Source: an uncultured Rickettsiales bacterium | GTDB lineage: Bacteria > Pseudomonadota > Alphaproteobacteria > Rickettsiales > RI-342 | DNA: 64,000 bases | Reading direction: 5' to 3' | NCBI GenBank assembly: GCA_964538615.1 | Contig: CAZIGK010000007.1 | Span: 29,422-93,421 of the forward strand | Shown here: positions 10,720 through 19,445 of the stretch, one piece after another | Layout: every line of letters begins with the position of its first letter | How positions within the stretch are numbered: the first letter of the stretch is position 1 | Program-made: the position numbers and the translations under genes | Notes under the pieces: model-generated | Database searches by the model: none | The model's input: the letters and a program-made list of their open reading frames with translations, nothing else | What the model was told of the DNA's origin: nothing

Positions 10720-11295
10720 CTAACTGAGCCGTAGCGTGATATATGCTTCCGCAAAATCAAACCTTCCCAGCATGAAATCCTGCACCTCCTGATTGGGAGG
10801 TTCGGCACCGTGCCAAAAGACAACACCGTGGTAGTCGTGAGGATTCAGGTGGCTGTTTTCAGTGATATTGTCTAGCATTTCATCCAGATGATCTGCCGCT
10901 ATGCCGATATAGGCATAATGTGCTTTACCCTGTTCATCCACCCCCTCGACGTAGAGGCAGCTAAATAACTGGCTTAAAAATGACGCATCTGATCTTTGTA
11001 AACTGGTGACAGCTTGTGATGGGTTCAGGGGAATGATTTCATCCTCATCGTCACGGAAAATGACGCACGGTTGACCGATGGTCGTGGGTTGGTAATGTTG
11101 GTTGATACGCAGGGCGAAATAATGGCAAATGTTGACCAATGGCTCTGGATTGCTGATACGTTTCCCCATGATGGCCAGTGCTCCAAGACGTAGGTTTTGA
11201 ATATGGAACAGGTGGAGGGTATTTTCTTCCGTAGAATAGGCGGACGCCTGTCCATCAGACTTACTGTATTTATCTGCCCAATTGCTCATTATCAT
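10720..11295 (-). CDS. hypothetical protein
   Basis: 191-aa acidic ORF with no recognisable family. It is a separate transcription unit from the upstream 516-aa gene because a strong terminator lies between them. Confidence 0.5.
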   Translation of the reverse strand: MIMSNWADKYSKSDGQASAYSTEENTLHLFHIQNLRLGALAIMGKRISNPEPLVNICHYFALRINQHYQPTTIGQPCVIFRDDEDEIIPLNPSQAVTSLQRSDASFLSQLFSCLYVEGVDEQGKAHYAYIGIAADHLDEMLDNITENSHLNPHDYHGVVFWHGAEPPNQEVQDFMLGRFDFAEAYITLRLS

Positions 11296-11528
11296 CTCGC
11301 CTCATGGAAGTTATATAGTATCGTTAAATCAGACTATTACGCGCTGCAAATAGCAGTTTTTGCGCTGCTCACATGTCACGTACCTCTATGGCACGTTCAC
11401 TATGCTATTCGCAAAACAGTCATTCTCTTTATGCGCTAGCAGATGTGACGACACCATCTAGTCTAAAACTCATTTTCTGATACCACGACAGATGCTAAAG
11501 AATGGTTGCCAATGGAGAGATAAAAAAA

Positions 11529-11556
11529 CGCGCAAGGGCCAAACCTTGCGCGTTTT
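11529..11556. terminator. bidirectional intrinsic terminator
   Basis: 9-bp stem CGCGCAAGG (11529-11537) / CCTTGCGCG (11544-11552), flanked by A7 upstream and TTTT downstream. On the minus strand it reads stem-loop + T7, directly after the 516-aa gene. Confidence 0.8.
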
Positions 11557-11588
11557 CGGAAACACGATGTGGATATAATGTAGTTTGT

Positions 11589-13139
11589 TTAGCGTGTTGG
11601 CCCTTCCACGGCGGCGGCTGCACCAGCAGCGGCCAGACTTGGCTGTTCTGCTGCACTGTTTAGACCCAGTGCGGCTTTGATATTACTTGCCAAGCCCTGC
11701 CAGATTCCCCGTTTTTCTTTATGTCCAGCCAAAGCAGCCTGTGCGTTCCGTACGCCCCCCGCTGCCTGCTGGTCATGACTTGCAATCTGAGCGCGGGCAT
11801 CTTGCGTGTGCTGGTGAACGGGAGCCATGCGTTGCTCAACAATTTCACCGACTCGCTGACCTGCAGCTACGACTACGGCGGCACCAGTGATCGCAGCACC
11901 GACTGCGCCAACCACCAGATTTCCTGGTGCGTCTACAACAGCTTGTTTCGCTGCATCCAGAGTCTCACCAGCACGTTGACCAGCACGACTCAGAGCTGCT
12001 GCCTGTTCGGCACGAAGATCAATGTCCAGACGTGGATCCAGAGAGGCAACTAAATCAGATTTCGGGGTCTGTAGTACCGTATCTAGTGCGGGTTTCCGTG
12101 CGGCACGCAGATCTGTAGTTAAATTCGGGTCAGTGCTCGCTGCATGCTTCTCGCGTGCTCGGTCAATGCGGCGTTCTGCCAGTTCTTGAACACGCTGTTC
12201 ATATATTGATGTATCAAGAGCAGGGGGGGCTTCGCCACGTACCTGTGCTTCTGCTGAAGCAATTGCCCCTTGTGTAGTGGTCAGGGCATTGCTGATGGCT
12301 AGCTTGGTTGCCTCCACACGGTCTGCCAGTTCACCGAAAGCGTTGCTAATGCGGCTGCCAAATAACCTCACTTGTGCCGTGCGTTTAGCTATTGTGCGCT
12401 CTGTGTCATCAGCAATCAGATCACCGATTCGCTCAGCAACTTCACCAACTCTGTTCAATACATTTTCAGCTTGTGCAGCACGCTTTTCAATGGTGCGACG
12501 TGTATCATCTGCAACGAAGTTACTCGCACGTTTAGCTTCTCCACCAATCGCTTGCGCAGCATCGCCAATTGCCTTGGCGCCAGATTTTACTGCATTTATG
12601 GTTCCACCAATAACGGCCGCACCACCTACCAGAGCTGCTTTGCTTGTATCTAATGTCAGATCCGCGGTAATACCTGCTCCTGCAGCAACAAGCTTACCGG
12701 CGCCCACAACGTCAGCGGTGATATGATCTGTGGTTCCTTTAACAAATTCACCAGCAACACCGAGGCTATCTTTGGCAACGACAACAGCGGTATCAATGCG
12801 GCGAGGGAAGCTTTTGCCAATATCCTGCAACGCATCGAACAGTGCTTTGGGGAAAACATATTTGTTGTCGTTTAGCTCTGGTGTTTCACGGATGTCATCG
12901 TTAAATAACTGAATAAGACTATTCACCACTGAACGCTCGGAAGGGCGACCGGGGAATGGGAAACCAGACAAACGATCCACATCGACAATGACGGTGTCAC
13001 CGTCCACGGTGAAGGCATCACGATTTTTGCTGAAAATATCGGCAATGCGCTCGACTTTTAAATTTTTGTAGGCAGATTTTTGGCTGACGATTTTGTCAAT
13101 CAGTGCATCAGCAAAGTCATTGTATGTTTTGCCCGTCAT
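11589..13139 (-). CDS. hypothetical Ala/Gly-rich protein with an internal repeat
   Basis: 516-aa ORF. It has a tandem internal repeat (FVADDTRRTIEKRAAQ... / LIADDTERTIAKRTAQ...), G/A-rich stretches (VVGAGKLVAAGAGI, LVGGAAVIGGT, VVGAVGAAITGAAVVVAAG) and an A/Q-rich tail. No family recognised. Confidence 0.6.
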   Translation of the reverse strand: MTGKTYNDFADALIDKIVSQKSAYKNLKVERIADIFSKNRDAFTVDGDTVIVDVDRLSGFPFPGRPSERSVVNSLIQLFNDDIRETPELNDNKYVFPKALFDALQDIGKSFPRRIDTAVVVAKDSLGVAGEFVKGTTDHITADVVGAGKLVAAGAGITADLTLDTSKAALVGGAAVIGGTINAVKSGAKAIGDAAQAIGGEAKRASNFVADDTRRTIEKRAAQAENVLNRVGEVAERIGDLIADDTERTIAKRTAQVRLFGSRISNAFGELADRVEATKLAISNALTTTQGAIASAEAQVRGEAPPALDTSIYEQRVQELAERRIDRAREKHAASTDPNLTTDLRAARKPALDTVLQTPKSDLVASLDPRLDIDLRAEQAAALSRAGQRAGETLDAAKQAVVDAPGNLVVGAVGAAITGAAVVVAAGQRVGEIVEQRMAPVHQHTQDARAQIASHDQQAAGGVRNAQAALAGHKEKRGIWQGLASNIKAALGLNSAAEQPSLAAAGAAAAVEGPTR

Positions 13140-13344
13140 AACCGTTACTCACGTTGGAAGTTTGCCTGTATCGGCGTTGTCTCTAGGTTTAGGTATAAAT
13201 CAAAAAGATGTAAAAATTGTGACGGGTATTTGAAGCTTTTGTGACAGCGCATTTTTTGCGCTTTTCCCCGTGACGTTTGTCACGTTTTCTGGTATTGCAG
13301 CGCCACATCTAACGTTTTTCCCCCTTTGTTTGGACATAGTTTTT

Positions 13345-15168
13345 ATGCAGGCCATTCGCAACATTGCCATTATTGCCCACGTTGACCACGGCAAAACCAC
13401 CCTCATTGATACCATGCTGCGCCAGAGCGGCACTTTCCGTGAAAACCAGCAAGTGGATGAACGGGTGATGGATAGTAATGATCTGGAAAAAGAACGGGGC
13501 ATTACCATTTTGGCCAAATGTACCTCTGTAGAGTGGGAAGGTACCCGTATTAATATTATTGATACCCCCGGCCACGCGGATTTTGGCGGCGAGGTAGAGC
13601 GCGTACTGAGCATGTGTGACGGCGTGGTATTGCTGTGTGATGCTGCGGAAGGCCCATTGCCGCAAACCAAGTTTGTTCTCACTAAAGCATTGAAGCGCGG
13701 TATTAAGCCGATTGTGGTGATTAACAAGGTGGACCGTGCGGATGCCCGCCCGGATGAAGTGCTTGACGAGGTGTTTGACCTGTTTGTGAATCTGGATGCC
13801 AACGATGAGCAATTGGATTTCCCGACCCTGTATGCCTCTGGTCGAAATGGTTGGGCAGATTTGGAATTGAACGGTAAGCGGGAAGATTTGCGCCCATTAT
13901 TTGAAACCATTATCAGCCATGTACCCGCCCCGAATCTGGAGACGGAAGCCCCGTTCTCCATGTTGGTGACCATGCTATCTTATGATCCGTATCTGGGACG
14001 TGTCTTGACCGGACGGGTGGAAAGTGGTCGCGCTACCGTGAATATGGCCGTGAAAGCCCTGTCACTGGATGGTAAAAACTTAGAACAGGGACGTCTGACA
14101 AAATTGCAATCCTTCCGAGGGATTCAGCGTGTACCGGTAGAACAAGTGCAGGCGGGGGATATTATTGCCATTGCGGGGATGCAGGAAGCATCTGTGGCAG
14201 ATACGATTTGCGATATGGCCTGCCAGACCCCTGTGCCTGCCATCCCCATTGACCCGCCTACCATGTCTATCACTGTGAGCGTGAATGATTCCCCTTATGC
14301 TGGGTTGGAAGGGGAGAAAGTGACTTCCCGCATGATTCGTGACCGTCTCATGGCGGAAGCGGAAACCAACGTGGCGATTCGTGTGACCGAAAGCGAGCAA
14401 AAAGACGCGTTTGAAGTGGGTGGACGCGGTGAATTGCAACTGGGTGTTTTGATTGAGAATATGCGTCGGGAAGGGTTTGAGCTTTCTGTCTCCCGTCCAC
14501 GGGTATTGATGAAAGAGGAAGGTGGCGAAAAGCTGGAGCCATACGAAGAAGTGGTGGTGGATGTGGATGAAGAATATTCCGGCGTGGTGGTTGAGAAAAT
14601 GAGCTACCGCAAGGCGGAAATGATGGAAATGCGTCCATCCGGCGGGAATAAGGTACGTTTGGTGTTCCGTGCGCCTTCTCGCGGGTTGATTGGTTATCAG
14701 GGGGAGTTCCTTACCGATACACGGGGTACCGGTTTGATAAACCGCCTGTTTGATAGCTATGGGCCGTATAAAGGTACTATTCCCGGTCGGCGCAACGGGG
14801 CATTGATCTCTATTGGGCAGGGGGAGGCTGTGGCCTATGCCCTCTTTGGTTTGCAAGACCGTGGAGATTTCTTCGTTGGCCCGAAAGATAAGATCTATGA
14901 CGGTATGATTGTTGGGGAGCATAACCGCGAAAATGATCTGGAGATTAATTTGCTAAAGGCGAAGCAGCTCACCAACTTCCGTGCGGCAGGCAAGGATGAA
15001 AACGTGAAGCTGACCCCGCCACGTAAGCTGACACTGGAAGACATGATTGCCTATATTCAGGATGATGAGTTGGTGGAAGTGACCCCGAAATCTATACGTC
15101 TGCGCAAGAAGATTCTGGATTCCAACGAACGCAAGCGTTACAGCCGTAAAAAAGATGAGGCGGCGTAA
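13345..15168 (+). CDS. typA: translational GTPase TypA/BipA
   Basis: The track ORF starts at 13270. ATG 13345 gives the canonical MQAIRNIAIIAHVDHGKTTL N-terminus. G-motifs DTPGH and NKVD are present, and the protein is collinear with BipA over its full length. Confidence 0.95.
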   Translation: MQAIRNIAIIAHVDHGKTTLIDTMLRQSGTFRENQQVDERVMDSNDLEKERGITILAKCTSVEWEGTRINIIDTPGHADFGGEVERVLSMCDGVVLLCDAAEGPLPQTKFVLTKALKRGIKPIVVINKVDRADARPDEVLDEVFDLFVNLDANDEQLDFPTLYASGRNGWADLELNGKREDLRPLFETIISHVPAPNLETEAPFSMLVTMLSYDPYLGRVLTGRVESGRATVNMAVKALSLDGKNLEQGRLTKLQSFRGIQRVPVEQVQAGDIIAIAGMQEASVADTICDMACQTPVPAIPIDPPTMSITVSVNDSPYAGLEGEKVTSRMIRDRLMAEAETNVAIRVTESEQKDAFEVGGRGELQLGVLIENMRREGFELSVSRPRVLMKEEGGEKLEPYEEVVVDVDEEYSGVVVEKMSYRKAEMMEMRPSGGNKVRLVFRAPSRGLIGYQGEFLTDTRGTGLINRLFDSYGPYKGTIPGRRNGALISIGQGEAVAYALFGLQDRGDFFVGPKDKIYDGMIVGEHNRENDLEINLLKAKQLTNFRAAGKDENVKLTPPRKLTLEDMIAYIQDDELVEVTPKSIRLRKKILDSNERKRYSRKKDEAA

Positions 15169-15201
15169 GCACATCCTATGTTCTACAGGCTCTACTGCAA
15201 A

Positions 15202-15229
15202 GGGAGGGGAGGGAAACCCCTCCCTTTTT
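15202..15229 (+). terminator. intrinsic terminator after typA
   Basis: GGGAGGGG (15202-15209) / CCCCTCCC (15217-15224), followed by TTTTT. Confidence 0.8.
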
Positions 15230-15306
15230 GCATGTGAGGGAATAGCTATGCGAGACGCCTCTGGTGGCGCGATATTTGGCGTCAGTGCCTGATGCACTGT
15301 TTCTGC

Positions 15307-15945
15307 TTAAGCCATAGCGGAAGATACGGGCTGGTGTGGCATTAACCCCGTGCCAGCAACCGTATCAGATAACAGCGGATATTGCCGGGAATGGAAAAGC
15401 TGGTAATGCCACCATTCATTGCGGTAAAAATCCCAACCGGCGATGGTCATGATACCCAGCAGGGTCATACGGTTGCGGTAGGCGGCTGCACTGATGTTCA
15501 GACTGTAGAGGTGAGAGTCTGGCTCGAAGCTATCGAATGGGGTGCCCATGTCCAGCTCCTGTCCGGTAGTGGCATCCACCAGAGTCAGGTCAATCGCGAC
15601 ACCGCGTGAATGAGGAGAGCCACGATCCGGTGGAGCCAGAAACTCCGGATCAGGTGTATGTTCCCAGAGGATGTATTGCGCTTCGCTGGGGCGGTAGGCA
15701 TCAAAGATTTTCAGGCGATAGCCCAGTTTCTCAGCGCCTTGGATGGCTTTTTCCAATGCAATGGCGGCTTCCGGGTGCAGGAAGCAGGCAGAGCGGGCAT
15801 ACACGGGTTTTCCGGTGAAATTACGCTCGGTTGCGTAGGCGATATCCAGTTCCACGCCATGTGTTTCTGGCAGGATTTCCACCAAAGGTACGATAGGTTT
15901 GGTTTGTGGCGGCTGTTGCATGGTTGTGTTCACTTGTTCATTCAT
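15307..15945 (-). CDS. ddpX: D-alanyl-D-alanine dipeptidase (VanX/DdpX family, peptidase M15D)
   Basis: 212 aa with family motifs LDIAYATERNFTG, FDAYRP, SPHSRGVAIDLTLVD and EWWHYQL. Confidence 0.85.
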   Translation of the reverse strand: MNEQVNTTMQQPPQTKPIVPLVEILPETHGVELDIAYATERNFTGKPVYARSACFLHPEAAIALEKAIQGAEKLGYRLKIFDAYRPSEAQYILWEHTPDPEFLAPPDRGSPHSRGVAIDLTLVDATTGQELDMGTPFDSFEPDSHLYSLNISAAAYRNRMTLLGIMTIAGWDFYRNEWWHYQLFHSRQYPLLSDTVAGTGLMPHQPVSSAMA

Positions 15946-15952
15946 TCAATCG

Positions 15953-17695
15953 TTACTCTACCTGCAAATGCTGTTCCGAGAGGACATTGCCTGCGCTATC
16001 CACCACTTTGGCGATGATGGTGCCCCGATACTCCGGCTTGATACTGAGCCAGCTCCAGGTGCGCCAATTATCGGCCAGAACCCGAATATCCCGGCGGTTA
16101 ATCTCCTGCCCATTATGTTCCCACACATGATAGACGGTGTGGTTGCGCAGGTTGCGCAGGCTGGTGTAATAATTCAGCCCCCGGCTGAAGCGTGATATGC
16201 GCGTGACGATTTCTGCCGGATTGCGGTTGTAGATTTGTTTCGCAAAAACCGCACGGGTCACGAAATGGTTGTTTCGCATTTCTCCGGCATTTTTTGTATG
16301 GGAGGGAACGGGTTGCGTCGATGCGTCAGAGTGCAAGGGGCGCAGGAGCGGTTCCTCCGTAGATAAGAGGGAGGGCAAGGGCTGTTTTTGAGCTTCGGCT
16401 TCTCGCAGGGCTTCATCCGCATGCACAATATCTGGTTCCGGGGCGGGCGGCAGGGAGTCTGAAGAAGGTGCTTGCAGAATATGGGGGTTTGGTTGCAGAC
16501 TCTCCACGGTGGGTGGTGTCATGATACGGGCAGGGGGTTGGGGTTCTGCCGTGATGGAAGGGGCGTAGAGGTACGGTGTGGCGGGCTTGTTGCCAGCCAT
16601 TTCTGGCTCTGGCGTTTGTGACTTCGGTTGGGAAGTCGGCGCGGTCAGGGTCAGGGTTTTGGGGGTGGCAGGCGGGTTTTGTGTGGTAGAAAGTACCTCA
16701 ATCTGTCCGGGCTTAATGACAGGAACAGGCAGACCACCCGATGCCGGAGTGGTGGGAGGAGCAATCAGAGGTGCGGGTGCTTGCTCTGGGGGGAGTGCCG
16801 AAGGCGAGTTGCGGGTAGTGACAGTTAAGGGGCGTGGCTGGCCTTGGCTGGTGCTGGCCGGTTGCGCGGCAGGTTTGGGGAGAGATTTGGATGCCGTTTG
16901 AGGAGATGCTTTTGAAGCAGGCGGCTTCGCTTTTGAGGAGAGAGGGGGTGTTTTTTCCTGCTTTGACGGTGTTTTAGCATCTGGCAGGGTAATGGTTTTT
17001 GCGGCTGTTACTGGAGCTTTGGGCGCTTCTGGTGGAGCCGGGGGCGTTACGGGGGCTGTTTTTTCCTGCAATGGGTTGGGTTTTGCCTCTGGTTGTACAT
17101 AGGGCATGGGGTTTTCTTGCAGCAAATCTGCCAAAGCAGAGCCATCTTTTGGTGCGGGTTTACGGCTGGCCGAACGGGTGGAATGCTGTATGGGTCTGCT
17201 CGGTTTGCGCGGAGAGGCAATGCGCGGTTTAGCCACGGGAGACGGTGTTGGCTTGGCCTCAGGCTCCGGCTTTTGTGCTGTGGGCACCGGAATGGTTGCG
17301 GGATCCTGAGAGGTCTCGGAATGAGGGGGAGGGGCAACGGTCGGTGGGGGGATGACGAAATAGTCATCTTCCTCAATCGGGTTGGTTTTGGCGGTCGGTG
17401 TGGCGGGCGCTTGAGGTTTTGTCGGGGGCTGTGCGGCGGGGGCGGCGTTTGGGCTGGTTGATGGAGGGGCTTCTCCCTGACCGGGGGCAGCCTTTTCCTG
17501 CTTCAGGTAACGAAGAATGTTGGACATTTCTTCCTGAGTTAGCCCCCCTTCTGCGGCGGACGCCGGAGGTTCCTGCGCATGTAGGGTGGGCGGCACGAGG
17601 GTGAATAGCAAGGTTGCGCACAGGCACAGCCACCATGGCCGGAGCCGCAGGGGGAGGTCGTCTATCAGCAATGAGCAAGATGGCAGGATGCGCAA
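15953..17695 (-). CDS. secreted proline-rich protein with a C-terminal DUF2914-like domain
   Basis: The track ORF extends to 17827 but would then overlap xthA by 110 nt. TTG at 17695, preceded by AGGAG 8 nt upstream, gives a signal peptide (...RPWWLCLCATLLFTLVPPTLHA/QE). A Pro/Ala/Lys/Thr low-complexity region of roughly 420 aa follows. The globular tail (RAVFAKQIYNRNP...YYTSLRNLRNHTVYHVWEHNGQ...WRTWSWLSI) resembles DUF2914 as I remember it. Confidence 0.6.
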   Translation of the reverse strand: MRILPSCSLLIDDLPLRLRPWWLCLCATLLFTLVPPTLHAQEPPASAAEGGLTQEEMSNILRYLKQEKAAPGQGEAPPSTSPNAAPAAQPPTKPQAPATPTAKTNPIEEDDYFVIPPPTVAPPPHSETSQDPATIPVPTAQKPEPEAKPTPSPVAKPRIASPRKPSRPIQHSTRSASRKPAPKDGSALADLLQENPMPYVQPEAKPNPLQEKTAPVTPPAPPEAPKAPVTAAKTITLPDAKTPSKQEKTPPLSSKAKPPASKASPQTASKSLPKPAAQPASTSQGQPRPLTVTTRNSPSALPPEQAPAPLIAPPTTPASGGLPVPVIKPGQIEVLSTTQNPPATPKTLTLTAPTSQPKSQTPEPEMAGNKPATPYLYAPSITAEPQPPARIMTPPTVESLQPNPHILQAPSSDSLPPAPEPDIVHADEALREAEAQKQPLPSLLSTEEPLLRPLHSDASTQPVPSHTKNAGEMRNNHFVTRAVFAKQIYNRNPAEIVTRISRFSRGLNYYTSLRNLRNHTVYHVWEHNGQEINRRDIRVLADNWRTWSWLSIKPEYRGTIIAKVVDSAGNVLSEQHLQVE

Positions 17696-17717
17696 GGATT
17701 TAGCTCCTGATGTTGGG

Positions 17718-18542
17718 TCACGCGGTTTTCTGGCGCAAAGCTGTAACCCGATTAGGCGTGGGATGCAAGCGGCACCATACCGGCGCATGATCGGATGCTT
17801 TTTCCGCATCACGCGGGGTTTTGTCAATCTCCGCTTCGGCCAGATGATCGGTTGCAGCCGGGTTCAGCAACAGGTGGTCAATGCGCATGCCTTTGTTTTG
17901 TTGCCAGCAACCGGCGCGGTAGTCCCACCAGCTAAAGCCATGGGCATCCGGATGGATGGTACGAAACGCATCCACCCAGCCGGTATGTAGCCATTCCCGT
18001 AGAAGTGCCCTCTCCTGTGGGTGATAACAGACCGTGCCGTCCAACGCGGTGGGGTTGTAAACATCCTGCGGGTAGGGGGCGATGTTATAGTCTCCACCGA
18101 ATATGATCGGCATTTCATCGTTGTGCCATTGAACACTGTATTCTATCAGGCGGCGCATGAAGCGCAGTTTATAGGCAAATTTCTCGCTGCCGACCTCTGA
18201 ACCATTGGGGACATAAACAGAGGCTACTTTCAGTGCCAACCCGTCAATGACTGTTATTGCTTCGATGTAGCGAGCCTGTTCGTCCTCTTCTTCACCGGGG
18301 AGGCGGGTTATGACATCTTCCAGTGGGGTTTTGCTGAGAATGGCTACTCCGTTATAGGTTTTTTGTCCGACATGCGCGACATTATAGCCAGCATCTTCCA
18401 GTGCTTCTCTGGGGAGCTGGTCATCCATGCATTTGGTTTCCTGCAGCAATAGGATATCGGGTGAATGTTCTTTCAGCCAATCCAGTAAATTGGGCAAGCG
18501 TGCACGAATGGAGTTGATGTTCCAGGTGGCAATGGTGGGCAT
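17718..18542 (-). CDS. xthA: exodeoxyribonuclease III
   Basis: 274 aa: MPTIATWNINSIRARL...LLLQETK...GDYNIAP...RIDHLL...SDHAPV. Confidence 0.95.
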   Translation of the reverse strand: MPTIATWNINSIRARLPNLLDWLKEHSPDILLLQETKCMDDQLPREALEDAGYNVAHVGQKTYNGVAILSKTPLEDVITRLPGEEEDEQARYIEAITVIDGLALKVASVYVPNGSEVGSEKFAYKLRFMRRLIEYSVQWHNDEMPIIFGGDYNIAPYPQDVYNPTALDGTVCYHPQERALLREWLHTGWVDAFRTIHPDAHGFSWWDYRAGCWQQNKGMRIDHLLLNPAATDHLAEAEIDKTPRDAEKASDHAPVWCRLHPTPNRVTALRQKTA

Positions 18543-18561
18543 GGTAATGTAAGCCTATGTA

Positions 18562-18864
18562 TTATAATAAACTGTAGAGTGCCATCATCACAATAACAGC
18601 CAGCGCCAGCAGATGCCAGTAACGGCTGAAGCGGGTGTTGTTGTGCGTTGGTGGATGTTCATCACCGTTTGGGGATTTTTCATGCGGTGTGTAGTGGGAA
18701 TAGGAAAGCCCGGTGCCGGGGGCGCCAAGGGTGGTGCGGGTGCCCTTTTTACCCAGATTAACAGTCAGGCCACGTTTGCCAAGCGAGAGGCTGGTGCCGG
18801 ATTTGGAAATATTCAGTCTGGCGAGTGGCAACAGGCGAATAGTCTTACGAAAGCGAAAGCCCAT
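18562..18864 (-). CDS. DUF4236 domain-containing membrane protein
   Basis: The track ORF runs to 18945 and overlaps erpA. ATG 18864 gives MGFRFRKTIRLLPLARLNISKSGTSLSLGKRGLTVNLGKKGTRTTLGAPGTGLSY, the DUF4236 pattern, plus a C-terminal TM segment. Confidence 0.7.
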   Translation of the reverse strand: MGFRFRKTIRLLPLARLNISKSGTSLSLGKRGLTVNLGKKGTRTTLGAPGTGLSYSHYTPHEKSPNGDEHPPTHNNTRFSRYWHLLALAVIVMMALYSLL

Positions 18865-18871
18865 CTCTTGC

Positions 18872-19210
18872 TTAACCCATAGCGAACGAGCTGCCGCAAC
18901 CACAGCTGGAGGTGCTTTGCGGGTTTTTGATCTCGAAAGAGGCACTGCCCAGTTTTTCCACGTAATCCACTGTGGAATCCACGAGGAATGGCAGGCTGAC
19001 GGGGTCTATGCGCAGGCTTGCGCCCAGATGGGTGAAGATGACATCATCCGGCTGGGGGGTGTTATCCATATGAATATCGTACTGAAAACCTGCGCAGCCG
19101 CCACCATCCACCCCGATGCGTAAAAACCAACCGTCCCCCCCTTTTTGAGTGGCGAGTTGCTGGATACGTTGGGCAGCGTTATCAGAGATATGTAGGGTGG
19201 CTTCAGCCAT
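18872..19210 (-). CDS. erpA: iron-sulfur cluster insertion protein ErpA (HesB/IscA family)
   Basis: 112 aa: LRIGVDGGGCAGFQY...FEIKNPQSTSSCGCGSSF. Confidence 0.9.
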   Translation of the reverse strand: MAEATLHISDNAAQRIQQLATQKGGDGWFLRIGVDGGGCAGFQYDIHMDNTPQPDDVIFTHLGASLRIDPVSLPFLVDSTVDYVEKLGSASFEIKNPQSTSSCGCGSSFAMG

Positions 19211-19445
19211 GTTTGAGGATTCCCCAGATAGGTTTTGACAGCGTTTTTATTATGGCTGAGCGCCTCGTAATAGGCAAGGCTTGTTGCATCATGCAAGATG
19301 CTTACCACTTGCATTGCCGGGTGGCGATGCTATGCACAATACTCGTTATTGACGGTCATTCGGGTACAGGTGGGCTGATGATGGTTTCCCTTCGCCGGGT
19401 CACAAACCGAAGATGTTTGACGCTATCCCAAAATGACCGTAAGCG

